NCBI GenBank assembly: GCA_964397995.1
Contig: CAYNLG010000005.1
Span: 322 to 64,321 of the forward strand
Reading direction: 5' to 3'
DNA length: 64,000 bases
Source of the DNA: an uncultured Anaerolineales bacterium
GTDB taxonomy: Bacteria; Planctomycetota; Phycisphaerae; FEN-1346
A program made the translations under genes and the position numbers. Below, one piece after another: positions 10,307 through 20,654 of this stretch; within the stretch, counting starts at the first letter, position 1; the number at the start of each line of letters is the position of its first letter. Under the pieces are notes generated by a model. The model was not told the origin of the DNA, did no database searches, and was given only the letters and a program-made list of their open reading frames with translations.

Positions 10307-13300
10307 ATGGTTGACAGGAGGTACTGGATGCGCTTGGGCCTGCTGGCCGGGGTCTGCCTGGCCCTGCTGACGGTGTCGGCTTCGGGGTACGACGCCCCGC
10401 CGCCGAACTACATCATGGCCGAGGTGACGTGGCGGGACGCGGAGACCGGGGAGCCCCGGACGGACATCGGGCAACTGTGGTTCCGGGACTGGCCCCGCCG
10501 GAGCAAACAGAGCCGCCACTGCCATTTCGGCTCGCTCGGGTACTACACCGGCATCAAGTGGTTCGTGCCGAAGGAGCCGGGCCAGATCTGGTTCCGGCGG
10601 ATCGAGGGGGCGGACGATCCGCACACGTTCCTCCTGCACGACCACTTCGGCGAGGAGACGGTCGTCTTCGCGTTCGATGGCATCGAAGTGGTCCGCACGC
10701 GGGAGGCCGTCGCGGAAGAGGCCATGGACGCCGGGGACGACCTGTTCGGGCGAGGGCCCACGCCCGGCGACGAGCTGATTGACGACCTCGTTGACGAGAT
10801 CATGGGCGGCGACACGGAGCGGTCCATCGACGACGCGCTGGCCGAGGACAACGCGCAGTCGCGGAAGAAGGGCAAGGATGCCGTCCAGGGAGCGCCCGTG
10901 CGCTTCGCCACGGACGAGGACATCGGGACGGTCGTCATCCCGGTGGACGGGCTCGAGAAGATCGTCTTCCTGGAAGCGTCGGGCGGCATGCAGCGAGAGG
11001 CCTACAAGGGCCGCTTCGTCCAGTACAGCCGCCAGGCCAAGGGCGACAACGGCCGCGTGAAGGTCGAGGCGGCGACCTACTGGGGCGGCCCCGACACGCG
11101 GGAACGGTTCACGTTCGGCGGGTTCCTCGGTGACGAGGCCATCCTGCTGGCCGGCAACTTCCTGGACCTCGGCTTCGTCCAGGGGTGCCGCGTCGAAGTC
11201 CTGGGCGAGGACCCGCCGACGGACGCCTACCCGGCGACCGAAGAGGTCGACAGGCGGGGGCGGCGCTCCGTTACCGAACCGCGGCGCACGGCCACGTTCG
11301 CGCTCTTCTCGGCGGACCTCGAGCGGCTGGAACGCGTGGTGCGCCTGCCCTGGGGCGTCGCGACGCTCCATACGCTTATCCCGAGCGCCGACGGTCGCGG
11401 GCCGGTGTACCTGGCCGGCCGGGTGGGGCCGCACTTCCCCACGTTCGCCCGGTCGGTGAAGGTGACCGAGACGGTCGAGAACCCCGAGGACCCGGCGGCC
11501 AAGCGGAAGCGCGCCCCCGGACCGGACGCCTGCCTCCTCAAGCTGCGGCCGGACTTCTCGGGCATCGACTGGTGCGTCGTTTTCAGAGAGTCGGGCATCA
11601 ATGCCTTCCTCCGGCCGGACGGGAGCCTCCTGGTGCGGCGCGGCAACGAGCTCTTCTTCGTCGGGGCCGACGGGTCCGTGACGAAGGGCCCCGCCCTCGA
11701 GATCACCGAGAGCGCGATGGCGGTCGATCCGCACACCGGCGAGGTCTACTTCGGCGGCGCCTACCGCTCCGGCACGGGTCTCGAGCCCTACGTCAACCCG
11801 TGTCTCTACAAGCTCGACACCAACGGGCAGATCGTCTGGACCGCGTACGGCTGGAGCGGGCCGATCACGGGCGTGGAGCAGCACCGGCTGGTGTCCGATT
11901 CCTCGGTCTCCAGGATCCGCGTCGGTGCGGACGGCCGCCTGGCCGTGAGCGGCTGGTCGGACGGCGGCAACACCGTGCTGTCGCGGCAGCCGTACGACAT
12001 GCGGCTGTTAGCGCCGAAGAGCGGCTTCGCCAGTTCGACCTGGGGCGCGGCCGGGGGCGTCACGGTGCGGATCGCCAACATCATCCACATGGACGCCGAG
12101 ACGATGGAGGTGGACGGGTATACGCAGTACGTGGCGTACCGGCCGACGTCGGACATGCCGACGCTCCTGAACATCTACGACATCGCCTCGATGGCCAACG
12201 GCGAGGTGGCGATTACCGGCGGCGCCTGGCAGGGCTTCATCGAGACGCACGACGCTTGGGTCACGCCCTGGATCGTCGAGTCGAGGGAGAACGCGTTCGC
12301 CGAGGCCAAGGGCGGCCCGTTCTTCACCCTGTTCCGGCCCGACTTCAGCCTGCCCCGGATGAGCACGATTACCCCGGGCGCGAGCGGGCTCCACATCGCG
12401 ACGCGCGGGCGGCGGCTGCTGCTCTTCGGCGGGGGGACGGCGGTGCCGCCCCCGGACGACCCGCGCAACACGCGCCGCCGCCTCCAGCCGGTCATCAAGA
12501 GCGCCCTCCAGCCGGAGAACGGCGGCGGCTTGGACGGCTACGCGATCCTGGTGGACACGCAGGGCGAGCCGTATTCGCCGCCCGAGCCGCGGCCGCCGAA
12601 GGAAGCCAAGCGGTCGCGCCGGCGGGACACGCCCGACCAGGCCCCGGTGCTCAACCAGGCGGCGCGGCTGACCCTGACCACGTACGGGAAGGGGACGTTC
12701 GACATGAGCCGACAGCCCCGTCCCCACGTGGTCTTCCTGATCCTGGACCAGGACGGGAACCGCTACCCCAGCTTCTGGTGCGGGCGGAACCGGGAGGGCA
12801 GCGTGGTGCTGAACGCCTCCGAGGATACCCTCGCGCAGCGCGTGAAGCTGGAGCCCGAGGGCGCCTTCACGCTGGAGGTCAACCGGGCCGCGCACAAGCA
12901 CGGGATGCACGACACGCTCCCCGGCGGCGTGTGGATTGCCGACCTCGGCGAGCAGCCGATCCTCATCACGATCGACGCCATCACGGACGCGGTCTTCGCC
13001 GGGTCGAAGGAGCAGGAGCTGATCACCGGCAAGGGGCTGACCCGGCGCGGCGAGAGCGTCTTCTTCGACGTGACCGTCAGCGGCTCGTTTGCCGCCGGCG
13101 GGCGCGAGGCCCCGTTCACCGGCCAAGGCCGCCTCACGATGCTGGGCGGCGCGCCGGCGTTCACGCTGCGGGTGACGTTCCCGGTGCCCGGCCACGCGCT
13201 CGGCCTGGCAGGGGCCAAGGGCGAGGGCATCACGGCCACGCTGCACACGGCGTCGGCGGTGGCGGACCTGACGGCCAGCCTGCCCAGGCCGGAGCCTGTC

Positions 13301-13324
13301 GGCGAACTGGACTTGGTGGATTGA
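10307..13324 (+). CDS. large secreted hypothetical protein (1005 aa) with N-terminal signal peptide
   Basis: Hydrophobic N-terminus MRLGLLAGVCLALLTVSASG followed by a long uninterrupted ORF with ordinary composition. No recognisable catalytic motif. Confidence 0.6.
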   Translation: MVDRRYWMRLGLLAGVCLALLTVSASGYDAPPPNYIMAEVTWRDAETGEPRTDIGQLWFRDWPRRSKQSRHCHFGSLGYYTGIKWFVPKEPGQIWFRRIEGADDPHTFLLHDHFGEETVVFAFDGIEVVRTREAVAEEAMDAGDDLFGRGPTPGDELIDDLVDEIMGGDTERSIDDALAEDNAQSRKKGKDAVQGAPVRFATDEDIGTVVIPVDGLEKIVFLEASGGMQREAYKGRFVQYSRQAKGDNGRVKVEAATYWGGPDTRERFTFGGFLGDEAILLAGNFLDLGFVQGCRVEVLGEDPPTDAYPATEEVDRRGRRSVTEPRRTATFALFSADLERLERVVRLPWGVATLHTLIPSADGRGPVYLAGRVGPHFPTFARSVKVTETVENPEDPAAKRKRAPGPDACLLKLRPDFSGIDWCVVFRESGINAFLRPDGSLLVRRGNELFFVGADGSVTKGPALEITESAMAVDPHTGEVYFGGAYRSGTGLEPYVNPCLYKLDTNGQIVWTAYGWSGPITGVEQHRLVSDSSVSRIRVGADGRLAVSGWSDGGNTVLSRQPYDMRLLAPKSGFASSTWGAAGGVTVRIANIIHMDAETMEVDGYTQYVAYRPTSDMPTLLNIYDIASMANGEVAITGGAWQGFIETHDAWVTPWIVESRENAFAEAKGGPFFTLFRPDFSLPRMSTITPGASGLHIATRGRRLLLFGGGTAVPPPDDPRNTRRRLQPVIKSALQPENGGGLDGYAILVDTQGEPYSPPEPRPPKEAKRSRRRDTPDQAPVLNQAARLTLTTYGKGTFDMSRQPRPHVVFLILDQDGNRYPSFWCGRNREGSVVLNASEDTLAQRVKLEPEGAFTLEVNRAAHKHGMHDTLPGGVWIADLGEQPILITIDAITDAVFAGSKEQELITGKGLTRRGESVFFDVTVSGSFAAGGREAPFTGQGRLTMLGGAPAFTLRVTFPVPGHALGLAGAKGEGITATLHTASAVADLTASLPRPEPVGELDLVD

Positions 13325-13334
13325 CCGGAGGCGC

Positions 13335-13904
13335 GTGCCCGGCCGGGGACAGCGGCTGTACACCGGGCGCCACCCGGAGCAGGCGACCGTCGCGACGTGG
13401 ATCGTCGACGCCGACTCCGGTGCGGTCGTGGCGAAGGTGCCGATTGACACGGTCCCCCACGTGGGCATGACGGGCGGCCTGCGGGAGTGCATCGGCTTCG
13501 AGTCGGGCGGGCGGCACTTCTGGGGCGAAGCCTCCGGCGAGCGCCACATGCTCCGCTACGACAACACGACCGACCCGCCGACGCTCGTCACCGTCGTTGA
13601 CGAGGCGGACCTGAAGGCCAGGCACGGGTACCGGTCGATGGGCCACGGCCACGCCATGGTCTCGGCCGCCGGGGACTACGTCTGGTTCTCCAACGGCGTC
13701 GTCCTCGAGGCGACCCGCGGTCGCTACGTCTGCCAGTGGACGGCCGAGGACCGCCGGCCCCTTCAGGCGGCCAAGTTCCTGGAGATCAACTTCCTGGACG
13801 GCGAGGTCCTCTGGGCCGGCCAGGACGAGGGGCACGGTTTCCTCTACAACGACTATCCCCTTGAGAGGGTGCGGCCGCTGCTCGAAGCCAACAAGAGAAT
13901 ATGA
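13335..13904 (+). CDS. hypothetical protein (189 aa)
   Basis: ORF directly downstream of the 1005-aa gene on the same strand. Composition is protein-like (W, Y, H, F rich). No known motif. Confidence 0.45.
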   Translation: MPGRGQRLYTGRHPEQATVATWIVDADSGAVVAKVPIDTVPHVGMTGGLRECIGFESGGRHFWGEASGERHMLRYDNTTDPPTLVTVVDEADLKARHGYRSMGHGHAMVSAAGDYVWFSNGVVLEATRGRYVCQWTAEDRRPLQAAKFLEINFLDGEVLWAGQDEGHGFLYNDYPLERVRPLLEANKRI

Positions 13905-14242
13905 AACAGGGCTGAGTCGGGAAGGCGCTTCCTCGGGGCGGGGCCGTTCGCGAACCACTTCATCCCCCTCTTCCAGGCGCATCCGGGCGTCGCGGCGGTG
14001 TCGCTCGCGGAGCGGATGGCCGAGCGCCGCGAGGACGCCGCGGCCCGGCGCGACGGCGAGACGCTGGCCGTGCCGGATTTCGGGTCGCCGCCCGCGGGCG
14101 CGGCCCCGGCGTGAACCCCGGCTTCGCCGGCGCAGCGGGCATTTCGGGTGGACGAACGGGCCGGCGGACCGTACAATCCGACCCACCGCCGGCAGGCAGG
14201 GCAGACGCCAGCGCCCCCGCGGCCCCGGCGGCAACGGCATCG

Positions 14243-14333
<91 letters not shown>

Positions 14334-14701
14334 GAATGCGGCAGAATAGCGGTCTCGGCCGAGATCGCCGATTCCCCCGTCTTGTCGCGAAACGTGTCGC
14401 GTTTGCTTGAGCAGCACCCCGATCTGGAGGCCGTCGTGGCCTCGGGGCCCGACCTTCCCCCGGCGGTAAAGGCGGGCATCGTCGCGATGGTGCGGGCGCC
14501 GGGCGGCGCCTCATCCGGCGCGATGGCGCGTTCGCGGACCTGTTCGCCAAGGTGGCGGCGTCTTCACGGGTCTAACCCTGGCGCGGCGGGGGTGGGTGCG
14601 GCGGAATCGGTGGCGTGCCGGTCCGGATTTGCCTCACAGCCGGCCGCAAATGCGGTATCATAGGCACATGGGAAACCATACTCCCATGCGGAGGCGGAGC
14701 C

Positions 14702-14956
14702 ATGGTGGCCGACGACAGGAAGACGCGCCGCGTTGACCGGGTGATGGCGCTCAACGGGGTGCTGCCCATCGCCGGGGGCTTGGTGGCGCTGGTCATCTGC
14801 CTCGGCCAGAACGCGCCGTGGTACGGGTACGCCACGCCGGTCCTCTTCCTTGGCGGTGGCGCGGGGCTGCTGGTCTGGCGGCCGCATTACCGGTACCCCT
14901 TCGGGCGTAAGGCCCCCGAAGCCGCCGCTACTTGTATTGCCACGTCTCCGGATTGA
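14702..14956 (+). CDS. small putative membrane protein
   Basis: Two hydrophobic stretches (VLPIAGGLVALVICLG; VLFLGGGAGLLVW). Short ORF, weak evidence. Confidence 0.3.
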   Translation: MVADDRKTRRVDRVMALNGVLPIAGGLVALVICLGQNAPWYGYATPVLFLGGGAGLLVWRPHYRYPFGRKAPEAAATCIATSPD

Positions 14957-16568
14957 CGGTTGCGCCCGGACGGTCCGGGTCGGCCACGGGCCGGTCGTCG
15001 CTCTCGCGCGCGGCCTCGTCGAAGCCCGTGTTGTCCTCGACCACGGCGTTGGCCGCGTTGATGACCGTGCCGCGCCCCTCGCCGACGTACCGGTTGCCGC
15101 GCACCACGTTGCCCTCGGCGGGCGTGCCGGCAACGAGGATGTCGCCCGAGACGGTGTTGTCGAGGACGCGGACGTTGCGGCAGAGGTGGCGGTCCCAGTT
15201 GCGGTCGCTGTTGAGGTAGAGGGCGGCGATGCGTGTGTCGGTGCCGGTGCCGCGCGGCCGGATATCGTTGCCCTTGACGAGGAGGCCGTCGATGCCGGCG
15301 GTCTTGTAGATGCTCAGGTAGGCGTTGCCGGTGTTGCCGACGATCTTGGCGTCCTTGACGATGCAGTTGGCGTGGCCTTCGTGCATGAGGCCCTCCCCGT
15401 CGTTGATGAAGTAGGGCGAGTCGCCGACGCGGTTCCGGTAGACGCGGTAGTCGTTGCGGCTGACGGTGTAGCGCCACCCGGAGAGGATCATCGCGCGGTT
15501 CGAGTTTGTGCTGCCGCCCCCCGCCAGGCCGCGCCCCGTGTGCGTGTGCCGGTGGACGTCCTCGGCCATGCGGATGACGTTGCCGTCGACGAGGGTACCG
15601 TCGCCGGAGAAGTGGATGCAGGTCCGGCCGGTTGACCAGACGTAGCAGTCGCGGATCGCGCTGCCCTTGCGGAAGCCATGCGGCAGCGTCTCGGGCGTGC
15701 CTTTCGGGTCGCGCCCGCCGCGCCCCCCGAGCGGGTAGGCGTTCACCTTGATGCCGGGGCGGTTGTCGTAGTCGAAGACGACGGTTTGCCGCACGGTGCC
15801 CCCGCGGCGGTCGCGAAGGACGTAGCCGGGCATCGGGAAGTTCGCGTCGGACTTGGCGACGCGGCACCTGGCCACAAGGGCGTTCTCGCCCGAGTAGACA
15901 TGGATGGCCGCCAGCGACCGGCTGGGGAACCGTTGCCACGCGTGCTGGCCGAGGTCGGCGTCCGGCACCCGCGGGTCGAGCCGCGCCGCGTTCGTGAGCA
16001 GGCAGCCGAGGACGAACCGGTTGCGGCCGGCGCGGTGCCCGTCGGTGTCGGCGAAGTGGATGTGCCCGTGGTCGAGGGCGACGTTCACGACGCCGACGTT
16101 CTCGGCCCCCGCCGGGTCCGCGAGCGTGATACCCATGAAGGCGGCCTTCGGGTCGGAGCCCTCGCCGGTAACCTTGGCCCCGTAGGCGGGCAAGACCAGG
16201 CGCGTCGGCGGGGCGACGCCGTCCTCGCGGGCGCCGGTCGGGCCGGTCGGCTCGGCGCCGCACAGGACCACGCCGCTTCCGAGCGCGATGCCGCGCGCGA
16301 GCGTCAGCCGGCCGGCCGGCAGCTGCACCACGCCGCCCGCATCGCCCAGCCGCTCCTGGGCGGCCGCGAGGCGCGCCTCGGCCGTGTCGCCGGGCATCGC
16401 CTCCAGCCGCACGGCGCGGTCCCAGCGTACTTCGGCCAGCCAGGGGTGATCCTTCACGTAGTGCCGGACGATGGCGGGCGCCCCGGCCGACGGTACGGCC
16501 GCACGCGTGGTGGGCGCGGCGCAGGAGGGCAGGAGCAGGGCGAGCATCAGAACAGCGCGGCGAGGCAT
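14928..16568 (-). CDS. secreted right-handed parallel beta-helix (pectin-lyase-fold) protein
   Basis: Signal/lipobox-like N-terminus MPRRAVLMLALLLPSCAAP. Repeated G-rich beta-helix turns and NxxGxG-type segments. The start was chosen at the internal Met, 246 nt inside the tracked ORF. Confidence 0.65.
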   Translation of the reverse strand: MPRRAVLMLALLLPSCAAPTTRAAVPSAGAPAIVRHYVKDHPWLAEVRWDRAVRLEAMPGDTAEARLAAAQERLGDAGGVVQLPAGRLTLARGIALGSGVVLCGAEPTGPTGAREDGVAPPTRLVLPAYGAKVTGEGSDPKAAFMGITLADPAGAENVGVVNVALDHGHIHFADTDGHRAGRNRFVLGCLLTNAARLDPRVPDADLGQHAWQRFPSRSLAAIHVYSGENALVARCRVAKSDANFPMPGYVLRDRRGGTVRQTVVFDYDNRPGIKVNAYPLGGRGGRDPKGTPETLPHGFRKGSAIRDCYVWSTGRTCIHFSGDGTLVDGNVIRMAEDVHRHTHTGRGLAGGGSTNSNRAMILSGWRYTVSRNDYRVYRNRVGDSPYFINDGEGLMHEGHANCIVKDAKIVGNTGNAYLSIYKTAGIDGLLVKGNDIRPRGTGTDTRIAALYLNSDRNWDRHLCRNVRVLDNTVSGDILVAGTPAEGNVVRGNRYVGEGRGTVINAANAVVEDNTGFDEAARESDDRPVADPDRPGATVNPETWQYK

Positions 16569-16812
16569 GGCGTCCTCCGAGAACCGAATCTCGTCCCGCA
16601 TTATAGCCGTTGAATGGTCGAGGGCCAGGGATGCTGAGGAGGGTTCGGCCGAGGGACGCGCGCGTTCCGTCCCCCCTCCCCCCCGTTCCGCGAGAATTGG
16701 TCGCATCCTTCCGGTGGCATCCGCCGATTCCGCGGCTATACTTCCAGCGGGTGTCGCCTGCTGCGCCGGGCCGCGAGTGCCGTCTCGGCCGCGCGGGCCG
16801 AAAGGGACCGCC

Positions 16813-17793
16813 ATGCGTCTGATCGATACGGTTCGGGAAAGCCCGCGGCGGCTGGTTGTGCCGCTGGCGGGGTATCCGGGGATTCAGCTCACCGGCTCGA
16901 CAATCAAGCAGAACGAGTTCAACGCCGAGCTCCAGGCCCGGACGCTGTACAAGCTGGCCGAGCGGGTCCAGCCGGACGCCCTGTTCACGATGATGGACCT
17001 TTCGGTCGAGGCGGGGGCCCTGGGGATGCAGGTCAGGTTCCCGCTGCAGGAGTCGGCGACCGTCGAGTTCCATCCCGTGCGGACCGTGGACGACCTCGAC
17101 CAGTACAAGGTGGTCGACCCGCTTTACGACGGCCGCATCTGGGTCTTCACCGAGACGGTGCGTCTGCTGAAGCAGAAGCTCTCGATTCCGGTCGGGGCGT
17201 ACGTCATCGGGCCGTTCACGCTGGCGGGGCTGATGATGGGCGCGACCGAGGTGGCGGTGGCGACCCTCGACATCCCCCAAGTGGTGCTGGCGGCCGTGAA
17301 CTTCTGCGAGGACTCCGTCATCAGCGTCGCCCGGGCCCTGGAGGGCGCCGGGGCCGACCTGCTCTGCATCCTCGACCCGACGGCCAGCATCCTGTCGCCG
17401 ACGGCCTACGCCCGGTTCGCGGGGCCGGCGGTCGCGCACATCGTGCGCCGGCTCGATATGCGGACGATTCTGCATATCTGCGGCAACGTGACGCACCTCG
17501 TGCCGGAGATGGCCGCCACCGGCGTCCAGGGCCTCAGCCTCGGGCCGCTTGTGGACCTGGACTGGGCCATGGCCGCCGTCCCGGACGACATCGTCGTCCT
17601 CGGCAACGTCGATCCCGTCGCGACGATCCTCCACGGCGACCGCGAGCGCGTGCGGCACGACGTCGAGGCGCTGCTGGAGCGCATCGCCGCCTGGCCGAAC
17701 TTCATCGTCGCCACCGGGTGCGACGTGCCCGCCGAGGCGCCCCTGGAGAACCTGGAAGAGATGGTCCGGACGGTCAAGGCCCACGGCGCCTAG
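16813..17793 (+). CDS. uroporphyrinogen-decarboxylase (URO-D) family protein, likely a cobamide-dependent methyltransferase (MtaA-like)
   Basis: About 326 aa with URO-D-like layout (PVWLMRQAGR-equivalent region absent, but ILHICGN ... ATGCDVP is typical of the URO-D/MtaA family). Start taken at the ATG preceded by a GC-rich SD. Confidence 0.7.
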   Translation: MRLIDTVRESPRRLVVPLAGYPGIQLTGSTIKQNEFNAELQARTLYKLAERVQPDALFTMMDLSVEAGALGMQVRFPLQESATVEFHPVRTVDDLDQYKVVDPLYDGRIWVFTETVRLLKQKLSIPVGAYVIGPFTLAGLMMGATEVAVATLDIPQVVLAAVNFCEDSVISVARALEGAGADLLCILDPTASILSPTAYARFAGPAVAHIVRRLDMRTILHICGNVTHLVPEMAATGVQGLSLGPLVDLDWAMAAVPDDIVVLGNVDPVATILHGDRERVRHDVEALLERIAAWPNFIVATGCDVPAEAPLENLEEMVRTVKAHGA

Positions 17794-17950
17794 ACCTGCC
17801 GTCGGCGGCTGCCCGCGCCCGGCGTGGTGTGGCGGCGCACCCGCCCCCTGCAACGGGTGCGCCCCCGTGCTTGCGTGCCATGTGGCCGCCCGGGTCCGCC
17901 TGGCCCGCGGGGGCCATCCCCCCTTGGCGGACCCGGGCAGGCCGTCACCT

Positions 17951-18967
17951 CTACTGGTCCGCGCCTGGCCGCTCGCCGTCGTGGTGCCGGCGGCGGCGCG
18001 ACGGCGGTTCCAGGCCATGCTCGGGGCGCGGCCCATCGTCGTAGCCGCGCGCGTGCTCATCCGGGAAGAGGCTCAGGTGGACGCACGCGCCGTCGGCGAC
18101 CAGGGCCTTGCCGACGAGGCCCTTGCCCTCCAGGCGCCAGTCCTCGCCCACGCCCACTGAGGGGCACGGGGTGCACGGTGCCTCGGCGGCCGCCGCCAGG
18201 ACGCCGGCTGCGTCGACCTCCGGCGCGGGGCCGCCCGGCGTCCGGGTCGCCAGGGCGTCCAGGGCGTAGCCGGTGACGAGGCGCGGCCAGAGCTTCTGCA
18301 GGGTCTCGGCCCGGTCGAACAGATCGAGGGCCGCCAGGCGCCCGCCGATGGCGGCCAGCACGCCCCGCGCCCCTGCCGGCCAGGGCAGGGCGGCCACGAC
18401 GTCGCTTAGGCGGTCGCGGTGCCGCTCGCGGGCGGCCTTCATTGCTCCCGTCGGCGATGATGCCGCGTGGGCTTCCAGGTGCTTGGCAACGCTGTCCCAG
18501 ACGCGCCCCTGATCGGCGTCCGCACGGTGACGCCGGCGCAGGTTCGCGCTGACGTCGGGGGCGGCGTCGGCCCGTACGTGCGGCGGGGCATGGCCGTCGC
18601 TCCGGAACCCTCGCGACGCGGGCCGCCACCGGCCCTGCTCGACGCACGAGACGGGGATCGCCGTCACAGACTTCGGGGGCAGGAGCACCGTGGTGTTCAG
18701 GATGCGGTTCTGCATCGCTCCGACGAGTTCCTCGCCGTCGAGGAGCAGCACGCGGACGAACCCGGTGTTGCGGGCCGTTAGTTCCGGCACGGTCGCGCCG
18801 TCATCGGCTTCGGTCACCTGCAGCGTTCCGGCGTCCATCGCCTCGGATGCCAGCGCGTACGGCGGGCCGCCGGCGTCAGGGCCGGTCAGGGGGACCAGCG
18901 TCAGGGCTCCGTGGGTGAGGGGCGGGGCCAGTGTCACGTTGGTCAGGTGGTCGAGGAGTGTCGGCAT
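17951..18967 (-). CDS. conserved hypothetical protein (338 aa), motif VSCVEQGRW
   Basis: Protein-like composition. From memory it resembles the uncharacterised ARPP-1-type family; this is unverified. It is last in an apparent three-gene minus-strand operon headed by a WYL regulator. Confidence 0.5.
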   Translation of the reverse strand: MPTLLDHLTNVTLAPPLTHGALTLVPLTGPDAGGPPYALASEAMDAGTLQVTEADDGATVPELTARNTGFVRVLLLDGEELVGAMQNRILNTTVLLPPKSVTAIPVSCVEQGRWRPASRGFRSDGHAPPHVRADAAPDVSANLRRRHRADADQGRVWDSVAKHLEAHAASSPTGAMKAARERHRDRLSDVVAALPWPAGARGVLAAIGGRLAALDLFDRAETLQKLWPRLVTGYALDALATRTPGGPAPEVDAAGVLAAAAEAPCTPCPSVGVGEDWRLEGKGLVGKALVADGACVHLSLFPDEHARGYDDGPRPEHGLEPPSRRRRHHDGERPGADQ

Positions 18968-19382
18968 CGGGGTGCCTCCTTTCGTGCCGGGTCGGGCCGG
19001 CTCCCGTGCGTGCCCCCCCTGGGTCGTGCACGTCGGCGGCGGGGTCCTCGTCGTGTGGGTCGGTCGCGTCCTCCTTCCTCTCGGTTCGCTGCGGGTGCTC
19101 GCCGGCGGCCGCGGCGGCGCGGGCCACGTCCAGCGTGGCGGCGAAGCGGCAGTCGGCGTCGTCGTACAGGGCGGCCGCGCCCGCCCGGCTGCAGGCGAAT
19201 ACGCCGCCCGCCCCGTCGGGCGGCAGGGGCGTCTCGAGGGTGAAGTAGACGTTGCCGGGCAGGCCGTAGAGGATCCACCGGGTCCCGGCCTCGCGGTCGC
19301 GTCCGCGGCAGAGGGGGACGGCGTGGTTCATCGCCGCCAGCACCCGCTGCCAGTGCCTGTGGTTGTCCCGTGCCATGGTCAC
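18876..19382 (-). CDS. small hypothetical protein; its 3' end overlaps the next ORF, boundaries uncertain
   Basis: The first ~100 aa look protein-like (NHRHWQRVLAAMNHAVPLCRG ... YFTLETPLPPDG). The C-terminal part is Pro/Asp/Arg-rich and overlaps the 17951-18967 ORF by ~90 nt. Confidence 0.35.
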   Translation of the reverse strand: MTMARDNHRHWQRVLAAMNHAVPLCRGRDREAGTRWILYGLPGNVYFTLETPLPPDGAGGVFACSRAGAAALYDDADCRFAATLDVARAAAAAGEHPQRTERKEDATDPHDEDPAADVHDPGGARTGAGPTRHERRHPDADTPRPPDQRDTGPAPHPRSPDAGPPDRP

Positions 19383-19613
19383 CTCCGCTTCCCCGTGAAT
19401 GCGTCTCGCCCGTACCAGTCTACGCGGAAGGGGTGACAGGCATGGTCATAGCGGGATGCGTGTTAGGCGTTTGGTAGGGATGACGGGCGTGGTCGCACCC
19501 CCAGCATCCGGGGCCGCACGGGGGGGCCGGCCGTCTCGGTGGGGGAAAGAAGAATTGTGGAATGCGGCAGGAATTCCGTGAAGAGGCCCCGGCCGCACAG
19601 GGCTCGCGGGGGA

Positions 19614-20654
19614 TCAGCCCGGCCGCACGGCCGGCCCATGCGGCCGGCGGGCGCACGCGGCGGCGTCCTTGCCGGCGTAGGTGTCGCATGCGGTACAGAT
19701 CTCGTCACGCATCTCCAGGCGGAAGACCGCCGGCTTCAGCACCACCGCGTGCCGCCCGTACCCGAGCAGCCACCGCTTGAATTCCCGCGTGTCGGAGAGG
19801 CGGAACCGGGCCGTGACCGCCTTGCCCGTGTCCGTCACGATCTCCTGGCTCGGGTGCCACCGGTGCTCGCGGACGTTTGTCGCGGCCCATCCCGTGAAGC
19901 GGATCTCCAGCGTTTGCAGCGCCCCGGCCGCGAAGACCCCGAAGCTCCCGTCCACGTACGCCTGGAGCGAGAAGTCCGCCGGCCGCTCGAACCGCCGGTC
20001 CGTCGCCTGCACGGCCTGGACGCGCGAGACCTTCAGCGTCCGCACCTCCTCGTACGGCTCCAGGTATCCGACCGCGTACAGGTTCGTCCCGAAGTGCACG
20101 AGGCCGTAGGGGTGGAACGCGGCCGTCCACTCGCGGCCCTTGCTGGCGGAGTGGTAGCGGACGCGGCAGACGCGCCCGGCGAGGATGGCCTGGTTGAGCG
20201 CCCGGATTTCGGCGGCCACGCCCGAGTAGTCCGGGTGGGCCACGCTCTTGACGTGCAGCGTCTCTTCGAGGTCCTCGAAGTGGACGAGGGCGTCCTTGGG
20301 GAGCATCGCGCGGATCTTCTCGACGGCTTCGCCGGCCCCGTCGCCGAAGGGCGTTCCGGCCAAAGGCGCGAGCAACTCGCGCGCCAGGTACAGGCTGACC
20401 ATCTCGGTCGGCGAGAGCATCAGTTCGCCCCGCTCCAGGAAGTGCGGCGCGAGCGTCCAGAACCGCTTGCCGTAGGCCCGGTCCTGGTGGGTGATCGGGA
20501 AGCCGACGTTCTGCAGGACGCGGAGGTCGCGCTGGACCTGGCGCTTGGAGCACCCGAGCCGGTCGGCGAGGTCGTCGGCGTGCAGGCCGCGCCGGTGGGT
20601 CTGGAGGGCCATCAGCAGGTTCCACTGGCGGACGAGCGGGCTGCCTCGGGGCAT
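19614..20654 (-). CDS. HTH plus WYL-domain transcriptional regulator (YafY/PafBC-like)
   Basis: N-terminal DeoR-type HTH (LVRQWNLLMALQTHRRGLHADDLADRLGCSKRQVQRDLRVLQNVGFPI), followed by a WYL-type region (YHSASKGREWTAAFHPYGLVHFGTNLYAVGYL). Confidence 0.75.
   Translation of the reverse strand: MPRGSPLVRQWNLLMALQTHRRGLHADDLADRLGCSKRQVQRDLRVLQNVGFPITHQDRAYGKRFWTLAPHFLERGELMLSPTEMVSLYLARELLAPLAGTPFGDGAGEAVEKIRAMLPKDALVHFEDLEETLHVKSVAHPDYSGVAAEIRALNQAILAGRVCRVRYHSASKGREWTAAFHPYGLVHFGTNLYAVGYLEPYEEVRTLKVSRVQAVQATDRRFERPADFSLQAYVDGSFGVFAAGALQTLEIRFTGWAATNVREHRWHPSQEIVTDTGKAVTARFRLSDTREFKRWLLGYGRHAVVLKPAVFRLEMRDEICTACDTYAGKDAAACARRPHGPAVRPG

Noticed and set aside
14345-14356. 12-bp perfect palindrome tctcggccgaga just after tRNA-Ser
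   Set aside because: It is likely an ordinary processing or terminator hairpin for the tRNA. Nothing else unusual lies around it, and there is no compositional shift downstream.
14887-18060. 1057-aa minus-strand ORF, plus many similar very long ORFs (e.g. 4670-8893 -, 41503-45480 -, 48732-53378 -, 53601-56612 -, 2687-4429 +, 9749-11884 -, 61237-63744 -)
   Set aside because: They are antisense to well-supported genes. Their translations are extreme Arg/Pro/Gly/Ala low-complexity, typical of open non-coding frames in 70%-GC DNA. They carry no domain motifs.
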